From Antechinus flavipes (lineage: Eukaryota), in the NCBI RefSeq assembly GCF_016432865.1, contig NC_067400.1, positions 358,670,001 to 358,734,000 on the forward strand: a stretch of DNA of 64,000 nt, given 5' to 3'. Of the stretch, positions 38,101 through 50,420 are shown piece after piece. Both the position numbers and the translations under genes were made by a program. Below the pieces are notes generated by a model that made no database searches, was not told the DNA's origin, and was given only the letters and a program-made list of their open reading frames with translations. Position 1 is the first letter of the stretch; every line of letters starts with the position of its first letter.

Positions 38101-38879
38101 AAAGTGATGATGGAAGTAAAGCTGGAGGTGGGGGAGTGATCCAGTACCATATTGTGCTAGGAAATATGGAATAGTGGAAAGAGAACTGGATAATATAGAG
38201 TCTGATAATCTAGCTTTAAGTTGCACCTCTGATTCTTATCTGTGTGATCTTGCCTAGGTAACTCACTTTATTTCCCTATACTTCTGAAAGTTTGCTCATC
38301 TGTAAAAAGAGAAAATTAGACTCAAGGGCTTCTGGGGTTTCTTTGCCAACTCTTCATAATCTTTTTTTCCTATGCTTGTTGCCTGTGTGACTTTAGGCAA
38401 GTCATTTATGTTCTCTGATCCTCAGTTTTCTTCTTGTAAAAAGGAAGTAGACTAGGGGACTTCTGAGATCTCTTCCAATCTTAGATATATGATTCTCTGA
38501 ATGTCACTTTTTATAAAGGTACTTTTTTAATACAAGAAAATTTTATGCTATCTGATACCTGATGTGTGGATATGTGTATATGTGTGAATTTGAAAAGCTA
38601 ACATTTTGATCATGAGCCTCTGAATTTAGCCAGGCTATTCCAGCTATTTTGACACCCAAAGAAAATTTGGTCCTACTTGACATAAATTACATGCTGGTCA
38701 ACTTTTCCAAATCAAATCAACAGAATAGTGGTAGGGAGCCTGATTCACAAAGTCTCCATTGGAGGTGAATATAGACACAAGAATATTATTTCAGGGAGGT
38801 TGTATCCTTCTATCACATAGTTATGAATCTCCAGGCTAGGAGTTGAAGCCCCAGTCACTATTCCCTACTTACAGCCTCA

Positions 38880-39260
38880 GAGGACTTTGATATAGATTTC
38901 ATTGGCACTGGCATAGGAACCTGGTGTTGGCTCTATGTCATGATACAACAAATGAGTAGAGCATGGCTTAAAATTATAGATTAATATTACTTTGGATGAC
39001 TCAAAATTACAAAAGTCACTGAACAGAAGTGGAATGAACAGATATAAATACAGTATGTTACTAGTAGTTGCCATGCAATATGGCGAAAAGAAAATAGCTA
39101 GAAAAGGAATTAAAGACAATAAGTGGAACTCCAAGATTGGAGTATGTGTAAAGAACTTGACAAAGACTATCAGATTTTTCTGTTGAAGATTTATGGAGTG
39201 ACATGGACTAGAATCTCATATGATAAGCAATGGTATCTAGAGAAAAGAAATCATGAGTCC
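38880..39260 (+). mobile_element. Decayed RTE-clade LINE 3' fragment
   Basis: agaagtggaatgaa, gaaaagaaaatagct, gaagatttatggagtgacatggactagaatctcatatgat resemble the marsupial RTE 3' end (recalled). Confidence 0.5.
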
Positions 39261-39596
39261 ATCAAAGTCCATTCTCTTTTGTTCCTGGGAAGCTTGACAG
39301 ACAATGTTTTCACATCATTGAGCAAATGTCTTGGGTTTGCCTCTCTGGAAGCCTGTTAACTTTGCTCTGTTTCATTGGTACAAACTATACCCTTAATCTT
39401 TCCACCATTTTTCCAGAAATGTGAGCATCATAAGTTATAAGCAGGACCTTTTTTAAGGATATGGGTGACTTGGGAAAAATCATTGGAAAAACAATTTGAA
39501 GAATATATCCTATGAGTCTCAATGGCATAATGGAAAGAAATCTGGCATCCTAGTCAAGATCTAGATTTAAGTCCCATCTCTGGCACTTTGGTACTA

Positions 39597-39828
39597 TTGT
39601 TTGTTGTTGTTGTTGAGTCATTTTCTGTTGCCTTCAACTCTTTTTGGAGTTTATAATTGCCATTTCCTTCTACAGCTCATTTTATAGATGAGGAAATAAA
39701 AGCAACAGGATTAAGTGACTTGTCCAGGGTCACATAGCCAGTCAGTGTTTGAAGTCAGATTTGAACCCAGGAAGATGAGTCTTTTAACTTCATAGCCAGC
39801 AGTCTATTTACTTCACCACCTAAATGCC
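39597..39828 (-). mobile_element. MAR1-type SINE nested in an older MIR-like core
   Basis: (ttg)n tail, ctcattttatagatgaggaaat, taagtgacttgtccagggtcaca, gatttgaacccaggaagatgagtctt; MIR-like sequence on both sides. Confidence 0.8.
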
Positions 39829-39949
39829 TTCAGTATTGGTAATGTAGTGAAGGGCAAATCTTTTACCTTCTTAGTTCCCAGAACTGTTGAAGAAGTTGAA
39901 GAACTCTTGTTAGAAAGTTTCCTTGCTGATGAAATCACATTCATATATA

Positions 39950-40160
39950 TTTTATAGTTTATATATTATAACAATATATAATATAATTATGTATGTGTTA
40001 CATTGTATAATTATATATAACATGCAATATAATGTAATTACTATTGTAATGTATTTAATTATATATATTTTAATATTTTTGTGGGGAAAGAAGAGGGAAA
40101 AGCAAAAGGAAGAAGAAGAGGAAGAGAAGGAAAAATAGGAAAAGGAGGAGAAAGAAAAGT
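39950..40160. repeat. AT-rich then GA-rich low-complexity tracts
   Basis: Direct reading; explains ORF 39923-40138. Confidence 0.85.
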
Positions 40161-40434
40161 ACTCTAAATGCTTAGTTTTTTAGCACAAAGTCTTTCTTTC
40201 CCCTTAGGAATCTAAAAATGCCTTGTCCACTCTTTCCCCTTTACTTTTCTCTGCCCAACTTTAAAAACAAAACACTTAATTCTTTTTTCCCTTTGTGGAA
40301 AATCCAAGCCTCTTCTTCTGTTGTTTTCTGCTTCTTACTCTTCAGTTGTCAAGAACTTTCCTTTTGCCTTGCCAGAAATAGGGGCATTGATGATGACAGT
40401 ATGACAAATGAACCTCTCTTTATCTTTGTCTGCC

Positions 40435-40530
40435 TCTTTCTCTTTTATCTCTATCTCTCTGACTTTCTCTGTCTCTGTCTCTGAGTCTGTCTCTTTCTGT
40501 GTCTATCTCTCTCTGTCTCTGTCTTTCTCT
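40435..40530. repeat. (CT)/(CTGT) low-complexity tract
   Basis: Direct reading. Confidence 0.85.
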
Positions 40531-41829
40531 TGCTTTATACTTGAAGCAGGCTGAATTTAAAAACAAAGAAAGAACAAGAGGGAAATCCATGACATAAGAG
40601 AAGACCTGTTGTTTAGGAAAAAAATTAGAACCAGAGGCAAAATTTTTCCTGTGCTCCTGAGGATATGATAATGAACCATTTTGAGAATGGAATAGAAACT
40701 TTCTTAAATCAAAAGGCTAATGTCATGCTTGATCTGCAGTTTTCCAGTTCTGAAATGTTCTAATGGGTTTCCCTTCTGGCCCACAAGGAAAGAAAGTTTT
40801 AAATATTATCCTATGAGTAGGAACACTATTGCATCCTAATTGTGGAATGCTATTCTTGGGATTGCTTTTTGGCTTAAGGCTCCTCTTTGTAGGACCTGTC
40901 ATAGAACACAAAGACCTTTAGAAAGAGCCACGTAACCAGGAATTTCTAATCAGTTATTTACACCAGAAGTATTTGACTTTTAATAAGATAACAAGGAAAA
41001 CTTCAAATGACAACTTCCTTGACCTTAATGTTCATTGACTCTGGAACCAAACTGTTCAGTAGTTCCTAGAAGATTTAAATGCTTTAGGTGACATATTTAA
41101 CTGACTACATTTTTAAAAGCTAATAGCTTTCAGAGATCTACACAGCCCATTTGAAAATGAGCTATTCTCTTGATACAGGCTGAACTATTAAAATGGGAAT
41201 TATTTTAAAGAGAAATATATCTAACACACATATATATTATACACACATATAACTATATATTGAAAACAATTAAATTTGTAATATTAAGATCTATATTTAC
41301 TAGGAAAGATTTTTTTTTCTTATATGCTTTATTTCTTAGAAATCAAATGAATTTTTCCTATTCAAATTATCATGTTCTCTTGATTTTTATGATCATTTTT
41401 GCCATTCTCGTAAAAATTAAAATCCATACTCAGGTTTCTAACAATCCAGATTAGGGGAAAAGTAAAATTTAGACCATCTCGCTATGAGAAGAGCACTAGA
41501 TTTGAAGTCCCAGAATATAACCTAGATTTAATTCATGGATTTGTTACATACTATCCACATAATCTTGGACAAGTCACAACCTCTATGGGATGCAATTTTT
41601 TCACATAAAATATAAGAAGCTTGAACCAGATCAAAGATACTAAATTAAATATAATGGGGGGCTACTATTCCTTAGAAAATGTTTAAAATATACATGTTTA
41701 GATATTGTATAAAATATTGCATATTTTTATTAATACATCAACACATTAAAAACAGAGGGAATTTTCGTTCAGGCTGTGCTCAGAAATGTGGATTGCAAGT
41801 TGATATGTAAGATTTTTTTTTGTCTTAAT

Positions 41830-42077
41830 TGCTACCTAGCTTTAAGCACTGAATGGATGTGGCCTCAGTCAAATTGGGACCTTAGTTAAAAAAGAACAAG
41901 GTCTCCCATTTCATCTAGGGCCATCTCTGGTCATTTTGCTCCCAGACCCAGATGAAGGAGAAAGTGAGACAAATAACCTTGTCCAGCCCTCCCTCACTTA
42001 AAACCAATTCACTTGCATGTCATGGCATCAGCTCCACGATGTCATGGTCCTCTTTGAGAATGAAGGTTAAACAACAA
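41830..42077 (+). mobile_element. Marsupial RTE-related retroposon 3' end
   Basis: aaggtctcccat, cagccctccctcacttaaaaccaattcacttgcatgtcatggcatca, gatgtcatggtcctctttgagaatgaaggttaaacaacaa terminus. Confidence 0.75.
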
Positions 42078-43059
42078 AAAGATACTTTCTAAGTCTAAAT
42101 CTATGCTTTAAAAAAAAAAAATTGTGCCAGGATTGTATCACTATTGGGAATGTTCATCTCTTACTCCTTGCCCTGGGCAGAAATTTCCATAATAAACTGA
42201 AGATTATAGAATTCCACTATAACTAAAATATGATCAGCTTTCTTCATATGCTCATGGAGTATTTCAGTAAAATAACTGAAATTTCTTTAGAGATACTTTC
42301 AGGATATTAAATAGGAATGATAAATATGAAGGTTAAATCTATTCTTGAAATATCATTTATGATCCCTAGGATTCTTGACTCTAGCATAAAGGAATGGTCA
42401 GTTGCCTTATTGAACTTAGCCCATGATCAGTTTAGCTTGAGCCCCAAAAAGAGACCACAGTCATGTTGCTACATACTGTGGATTCCACATGGTAAAAGTT
42501 CCATATGTTCAGATTTCAAGAAATCTGGTAGCCGGCTGGTCCTCCAAACAGTGATTGATACTGACTGACTGAATTCAGCATAGCAACCACAAGGGAAGGC
42601 TCTACTTGTCAGCAACACCTAGCCGTTGGGAAGGTACATTAAGATACTTTTTTTGCATTAGCCAAATTCATTTCCCAGTTTCATTTTGGTTGAAATTTCC
42701 AGAGGAGCATATGCTGAGAAATTGGCGCAGGATATATAGTCCAGATGTTGGTAAAATAGAAGCCAAAAAAGAAACAAAGTCAGTTATCATCATTCTTACC
42801 ATGTGCACATTTTGATGATCAAAATTTAAAATCTGGAGCTAAAATGATTCCCTGAGTATGGAGGCAAGTGAAATTGTAGTAATATTTTAGACAAATCTAG
42901 GCTAAATGGGGTGGGGAAAGGTCTTGATTTTTTTTTTTCAATTAAAGTTCAGGAATTTATGAAATCAAAAAGAAAGCTCCCTGATGAAATAAATTAAATG
43001 AATTGGGATTTAATTTTGTGAAACAAAATTTAAAGCTCCAAAGTATATTTATTTTACTT

Positions 43060-43430
43060 TATTCTCTATATTTTTACATTCCAGGCAAATTGGTCTGCTT
43101 CATTATTTCCTTGACCTCCATCTCCTATCTCCTACTTTCTTGTCTATGCACTGGAAGTCTTTCAGGACTAGGATGTCCTCCTCCCTCACTTTCTCTTAGT
43201 GAAATCTCTAATTTCATTCAAAGGTTAGCTCATATACTTTTATGATCCTCTAGCATCTCATTATATAGTCTATCCTCAAATACTCACATATATCCATATG
43301 TGTTTACATATCATGTCTTTCCAGATGAATGAAATCTCTGAGGACAAAGTCTGTTCCTTTTTGTCTCTCCTTATACTCAATACCTACCACAGCCTAGAGT
43401 CAGTACTTATTTAAGTGTTTGTGGGATTAG
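43060..43430 (+). mobile_element. L2 3' fragment
   Basis: Pyrimidine-rich L2 body, ctctgaggacaaagtctgttcc, cagtacttatttaagtgtttgt tail. Confidence 0.6.
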
Positions 43431-45081
43431 AATTAGATCAAAGAATCACAAAATTATCAAATGCAGTAGAATGTTAGAAATCATTTGAGCAATAAGGGAG
43501 GTCTTTGAGTTGCCCAAAATGATAGAGTTTATTGGTGGCAGATGTCCTGTTGCCTAGTCCTTTATTGTTTCAATTCAAATACAGGGGTCTCTTTCCCAAA
43601 ACTACATGAAGTAGAGATGGTAAAAGGAAACTTCCTTTGATTTTTTTCTTCTTCTGAGAGACTAATCCCCAAAATATCAAAGTGGTAGAACTATCAAGGA
43701 AAAACATCATAAAATTTAAGGAAATAGCACTTAGTCAAATGGACTCAGAAGCATTAAATGCAGGTATGTATCAGAATCTACTTCAAAGTCTGCTTTGAAG
43801 ACTCATTAACTGGTATTATTATAATCAGCTCCTATATAATGTCATCATAACACTTAAAAACATAGCAGCACCAGAGTAATTCATAGGATGTGGAATAAAA
43901 CAATCATGATACCTAATGTTTGCAGTTAAAATGATTGTTGGGGGCCATGACATAGAGGCAGAAGTAAAATTGGATAGCTCATTGACCTTTATGTTTATAA
44001 CTTCTAAAATGGTTGATAAGTGAAAATGGGCATTTTACTTAGATAAAATCATAATATTTTTGCAGTTTAAATCTTTCCTAATTCAATTGTGTAATAGGCA
44101 GGTAATTTACATGACTGATGATGAGGCTAGCCTAAACTGTTGCCCATTCCCCTAAAGAAAATGTTTATGGCCTGACTGGAATAATTGTGTTCTTCTATTA
44201 AATATAGCTCCTTCAGGGCTAGTTATTGTTGAGTGTAAATGTGCCACTTTATATGCAAATAAAATGTGCTGAGAGTTGAATAAAAAGTTCTGCATATATC
44301 TACTGACAAATCATCTTATTATGGTTCATACTAAAAGACAGAATATCTTGGGGTATGAAATGTTAATACCACATCACAATAGACAATATTTTCATTGTTT
44401 TCTTGCTTATGAATAATTTTAGCAATGGCTAGAATTCTTTTCTTTTATCATAGCTACAACTAACTATTGGTTTGCCATTTTAATAAATGAATCAATTGGA
44501 TTGGTTTGTTTGTTAACCTCAAATATTTTACTTTTTTCAGTAACAACTGTCATCTGTTTTCTATCTCTGGGGCTGCCTTCATTCACTTTCTCATGCAATT
44601 TTATACACCTAGAACACAATTCAAGGTCTATCTAACTCTTGATACCCTTCCTAGAGACAAATAATTCATCTCAATAGAGGACTATGAAGTGTTACAAAGT
44701 GCTTCCCTCATAATAAAGCTCAGATTAAGTTAGTTGGAGTATAATTATCCTTCTTTACAAATGAGTAAATGGACTCTCAGTTCTAAGTCATCAAATTCCA
44801 TAACTAGGAAACTAGTGGACCTGGAATTTGGATTAGGCCTAATTTTTCTTCTACCAAAATTAAAGTCGACCCTGGCTATTTACCATTGTATTTATTTTTT
44901 AGAATAATCCATAAATATCAGTAATGTATTTGTGGGCATTCTGCTCCAGGTGCTATGGAAACTATGTAGATTTAAAATGACTTAGAGAAATTCTAATACA
45001 TCTATATTCTTTCCATTTGCATTTATCAATTATGTGTGTATTTAGGTAGATTTCACAAATATGTATTGATCACTTATATCA

Positions 45082-45121
45082 TACACACACACACAGACAC
45101 ACACACACACACACACACATA
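45082..45121. repeat. (AC)n microsatellite inside an antisense L2 tail
   Basis: Direct reading. Confidence 0.9.
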
Positions 45122-45297
45122 TAGTAGGCACTAAGGAAGCTACAAAGATAAATGAGACATATTTCTTGACTTCAAAAAGCTTGAAATCAATAGATGTTGA
45201 TCCTTGAAAGATAGACATAATTTTATTAAGGCAGCAAAACAAGAAAGTTTGGATGAGTTGGTCATTTAAATTGGAATATTGAGTACATAAAAGAAAG

Positions 45298-45329
45298 TTA
45301 TGAGAATTAATTGTAATTAATTCTCATAA
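45298..45329. repeat. Inverted repeat, 15-bp perfect arms with 2-nt spacer
   Basis: ttatgagaattaatt-gt-aattaattctcataa; the arms are exact reverse complements. Confidence 0.95.
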
Positions 45330-45634
45330 GGTGAAGTTAATCATTTGGAAGGATTAAATATCCAATATTAAACAATATTTGGTTGGTCTTCAAGGGCAAG
45401 TGTAGAAAAATGTGTGCTAAATAAACGTTATTCACTTGACAAGAAGAGGAATATCACCAAATATGTAACCATGCAACTCAAATTAATGAGATGTCAAGTC
45501 AATACATGTAATTAAAAATATATAAAAAAAAAACTTCTCAGGTTTTCTTCCCATAAAATGGCATAGCCAGCACCAACTGTCTACAATTTATTTTTATTGA
45601 TGAAAGCAACACATAGCAATTGGTTGAATTTAAG

Positions 45635-45805
45635 TCCTGAGCATGAAGTCAGAAAATATCTGTCCTCAGACACTTAGTAGCTTGGTGACCCTGGGCAAGT
45701 CACTTAGCCTTGTTTATCTCAGTTTCCCTATCTATAAAATGAGCTGGATCCTTCCAAGAAGACTCCAAATGGGATCACAAAGAGTCAGGCATGATTGAAA
45801 AAAAT
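45635..45805 (+). mobile_element. MAR1-type SINE fragment
   Basis: cctcagacacttagtagcttggtgaccctgggcaagtcacttagcc; gggatcacaaagagtcaggcatgattgaa tail. Confidence 0.8.
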
Positions 45806-48800
45806 GACAACATCAAGAAAAGTGACACTTTTCCTCAAGAACTCTAAATTTAGAGCTAAATAAATAAGATCGTACTATCATATATTTAGAGCTGGAAGGG
45901 GCCTGAAAGACTAATTCCCAGCTTCTATAAATGAGGAAACTGAGGTCCAGAGATAAGTGACTTGTGCAAGTCACACAAGTACTAGGCAACAGAGACAGAA
46001 CTTGAATTCAGATCTTCTTATTTAAAAATCAATGAGTGCTCTTTCCTGTACCAAATCATTAACAAATTAGAAGACAGCAGTGTTTTGCTATTACTCTCTC
46101 CTGTGAACAAAGAAGAAAATGGACCCTCATTTTTATAGGATGGGATAGATCAAAAAGAAAATCTTCCACTTGAATAACATAGTTGAACTTCAGAATGAGA
46201 TAATAAAGAACTTAATAAAAATTTTACTCCTCTGAATAGCCTTTAAATTGAAACAGGTTCTATTTTGTCAAACAAACTTCCTGCCTAAGAACTAGAGAAT
46301 TGACCAAAAAAGTCTAATGGGTTTAGTGTTTTGTTTTTAAATATTTATTTAAAAAGCATGTTAAATAGTCACACTTAATATTAGTGAAGATGTATGTGCA
46401 ACATTAATTTATCTTACAAATGTTTATTTAGTGCCTATTCACTTTTTAAAAATGAATTTTCATATGCATTTTATCAAATTACCTCAAAAATAGTGTTTGC
46501 TTAAGAAATGCCTTCTTGCTCAAGACATTGCATTAGAGCTATACAGAAAACATTATTTATATTTGGGCCCTGTCTATTGATTGCTTATAGTCTAATAAGA
46601 CAACATTAATTGTTATAAAGAAAATAAAAAAGGGAAAACTCCATGTTAAGGACAAACTTACTTGAATTGTAGAGTCAATTTCTTTTGCAGGCTGAGTTCC
46701 CATGAACTCAAGTGAAAATCCTTCATGCACAGGATGGGCAGTAATGGGCTTACATCAAGCTTTTACCCACTGACTATGCAGTGGCTGAGAGTGAGGGGGA
46801 CATGCATTGGAATGTTCATGTTTAAAACATAAGCCTGCTGCATTATCTGTCTATGTTGCTTACAAATAGCATCTCGTTTCTAAACTTTATATCATGGCAT
46901 GAGAGTTTCATAGTTTGATTTCCTTTATTGATGTGAATGGTTTAGCTAAGTTACTATATAACATTCTTCAAAATTATGGGGGGCAAAATTCCTCATGAAA
47001 GACTATCAGTATGCAATAGCCTGCTTTGTGACTCTAATATATTGCTAAGTTATATCAGGAAGCCCAGGAGACAAAAAACAAAAAACAAACAAAAAAACCA
47101 CCCACAAGCCTGAGTCAACTTTATAGGATAACCTTTGCAAGATTTAATTGTTTAAATCTCAAAGAGTTTTTGAGTTATAATATCTTAGCTACAGTAGGTA
47201 CTAACCAAAATTTACATTACTCATATGTTTCGGACACATCTTAAACTTTTTTTGAGTGGCCAAGTAAATTTTTTAATAATCCAGAAAAAAAAATCTCTAC
47301 TTAGATGTTCATAGCAACACATAGCCTGAAGAGAATTTTTATAGGTGTTATAAACCCATGAAAATAAGATTTATAATGGAAATGCTGACATTCCTTTAAC
47401 TAGAGCAGTGCTAGGAGGCACCTCTGTGTTATAGGTAGATATTTCAGCCCCTAGTCTCTAATTTCCAGATAATGTAGTGACTTAATCATTACTCTCCAAA
47501 ACAAAGCTGGAAACCTTTTTTTTCCCCTTGTCTTTTGTGCAGTTTGTCACATCTTAGGACTGATGCTTTTCAATCTTCTTATGTGCTATCTATCCCAACA
47601 TCTGTCTCATCCTATATTGCTATTCTTTACAATTCCTTCCATGCTTAGTTTTGTTACTACATTGAAATCTTATGCATAATTATGTGGGGTTGCTATGGTG
47701 ATTATGTGTGATTTGTCATGAGGAAAATCTATTGTGCTTGAGATCATTCTCTACACTAATGACTAGGGAATCTTTCTTTCCCCCTTCTTCATTTTTTTGC
47801 CTTTCACTCAATTCTGGATTATAACAAATTCCCTGCATCACTTTTAATAACTGTAAGTAAAATACATTTTATAAATAAAATAGCTAGAAGAAGTATTGAA
47901 TTCACCACTAATGTGAGAAGCATTCAGGTTTGTGGAGTTTTTTTTTTTGTTTTGTTTTGTTTTTTTTGTAACTCTAAGGGACCTTTTTAATAATGTAACT
48001 ATTGAGAACAGCAACTGAATTTTGCCCTGGATTCTTAAGGACAAGACTTAAGAATGATTAAGATGTCATTTGGGGACACTCTTATTAGAAGAGTTTGGAT
48101 CAAATAGTTTTGTTATAAGCTTTAGTGTTAGGGAATGCACATACTCAAATGCAGTTAAGAAAAACTAAAGTCAATAGCATTGTACTTGAAACAAATGCAT
48201 AGTTGTACTACTCCTATGGCCCTGCCTTCCATTTTGGTGGGGAAAGAATTAGGATGTGATTGATTATGTTATGTCAGTCACAAGCAATTCAGGGTACTAA
48301 GTTTGGACTGAACAATAGCTGAAAGTCTAGCCTGAATAGCCAACAAAATCGTGGATTTATTTCTTTCTCACTCCAGCTCACTCTCCTGGTCTAAGAAGGG
48401 CGAAATTCTAAAATATCACATAATTTTCTAAAGACAGCTCACATGGATCTCCCTTTTGCTACCCAGTCATGAAAAACTTCAGGCTATTGATTTGAAGACA
48501 TACATGATCATTGTTAATGGTTAGAAATGGGACTTTTCCAAGGAAGAAAGAAAATGCGGGCTAAACCACTTAAGAAATGCATTTTAAAATAAAAGTATAT
48601 CAATATAACTTATTTCAAGTTAGCAGCTCTGTTGACCATGCAACAATTGCACATTTACTAGATATCCCATTTTATAAAGAATATGTAATTTTTGAATAAC
48701 AATCATTTCATTCAGTCAAATCCAGGGAAAATATGGAAGTGAAAAATTAAATACAGAGTGAATTCAGATCAGGATCGATATTAGAAAATTTAAGACAAAT

Positions 48801-49814
48801 ATATTGACATCTAGTATCTGAAGATTTTCTGTCTGGTTATTACAAATTCTTTGAAATTACCAAAAGTTGTAACAAACTTATAATGTGAGGGGACTGAGAG
48901 TACTGGATTTAAAGACAACTCCATGTGAGCAGTAATAAAAACACATACATTACAGAATTTTTCTAACGAGATTAACAAAAAATTATAGTTCAACTTGTGG
49001 TTCAAAAGAAAAAGACAATGAAAGAACTATTTCAGTGACCTTGGGTATGATATGTTATATTTTTTCTTCCTGCCTGAGATAATTATCAACTACATATGCT
49101 ATAAATGTAAGGTGCTCTCTCAGTGAGAGAAATTAAGTGAATTATGAAAACTGTCTCTATATGATTGAACTTGTTAGAGAGAATAAGCTTGTTAAATTGG
49201 ATGGAATAAATAATCTAGGAAGGAGGTTAAAACAAAAAAAGAAACCCAAGAGGCAGAGGGAAATCAAAACTGGTACTAAGGGGTTGATAAGTGGAAGAAT
49301 GTGACATGGCAGAGAAAGGAAAGGAGAGGTATGCAAAAGATGTGAAAAAGAAGTTATAAATATTAAGCCAAAGTCTACATTTCATAAAGGTAACTAGACA
49401 TTTCCTATTTTGTATGATTTGAGGAGCAATGAGAGCTTCTTAACTTATGATATATTCTTGTACTATAATGGTAAAAAAGAAATTCATTGTATAAAGGATA
49501 GCTAGAATTATGCTGAAGAAGTGACAGAGGAAGTTACATGGTGCAAGGGATAGCATGCTAGAGCTGGGGTCATGAAGAGCTGAATTCAGATTTAGCCTTG
49601 GACTTTTACTGAGATTTTCTCTCCTAATCAAGCATAAGAAGACTTGATAGGTATCATGTAAACCAAAAGATGGATCACATTTTCTTTCTTAAAATTAATT
49701 TTACAAAATTATCCTGGCATGGATTCTGTCAATACAAAGTTATTATTAAATAAAATTAAATTTAAAAAAATTAATTTTACAGTATCATTTTATTAAGATA
49801 TTTTATTTCTATAT

Positions 49815-50070
49815 TGGGGTAGCTAATTGACTGCACTGCATGGAATACCAGCCCTGGAATCAGAAAGACTGATTTCTGAGTTCAAATCTGGCCTCAAATA
49901 TTTACTACTTGTGTGACTGTGGACAAGTCATTTAATCCTATTTATCTTACTTTCCTCATCCATAAAATGAGCTGGAGAAGAAAGTGGTGGACTACATCAG
50001 TATGTTTGCCAAGAAAACATCAAATAGGATCATGAAGAGTAAGACACAACTGAAAATAACTGAATAACAG
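49815..50070 (+). mobile_element. MAR1-type SINE, near full length
   Basis: ggggtagcta head, ctgagttcaaatctggcctca, gctggagaagaaagtgg, gccaagaaaacatcaaatagga, cacaactgaaaataactgaataac tail. Confidence 0.85.
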
Positions 50071-50089
50071 TGTTAATATTGTACTACAA

Positions 50090-50420
50090 ACAAATACCAT
50101 TAACCATTACTCAGTTCATGGATGATAACTTTCTTTTTAGTTCTTTTATACCAAAGAAATAAATATTTTGTTGTATATAGGGGTCATTATTTTTTTATCT
50201 CTGACCTCTTTGAACTATATACTTAATAGTAGAATATCTGGTAAAACATATGGACATTTTACACATTCTCTTTGCAAAATTTCAAATTACATTTGAGAAT
50301 GCTCAAACCAATTTATACTTTTGAGATATATCATTTTCCTGAAGGAATATACATCCAATATAGGATAGAGAGACTGCCCAGATTTGTCATACCCACTGAC
50401 CATCTACTGTTCTCATATTA
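50090..50420 (-). mobile_element. Old L1 ORF2 C-terminal fragment
   Basis: tatatacttaatagtagaatatctgg ... caaattacatttgagaatg ... accaatttatact matches antisense L1 ORF2 end. Confidence 0.55.
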
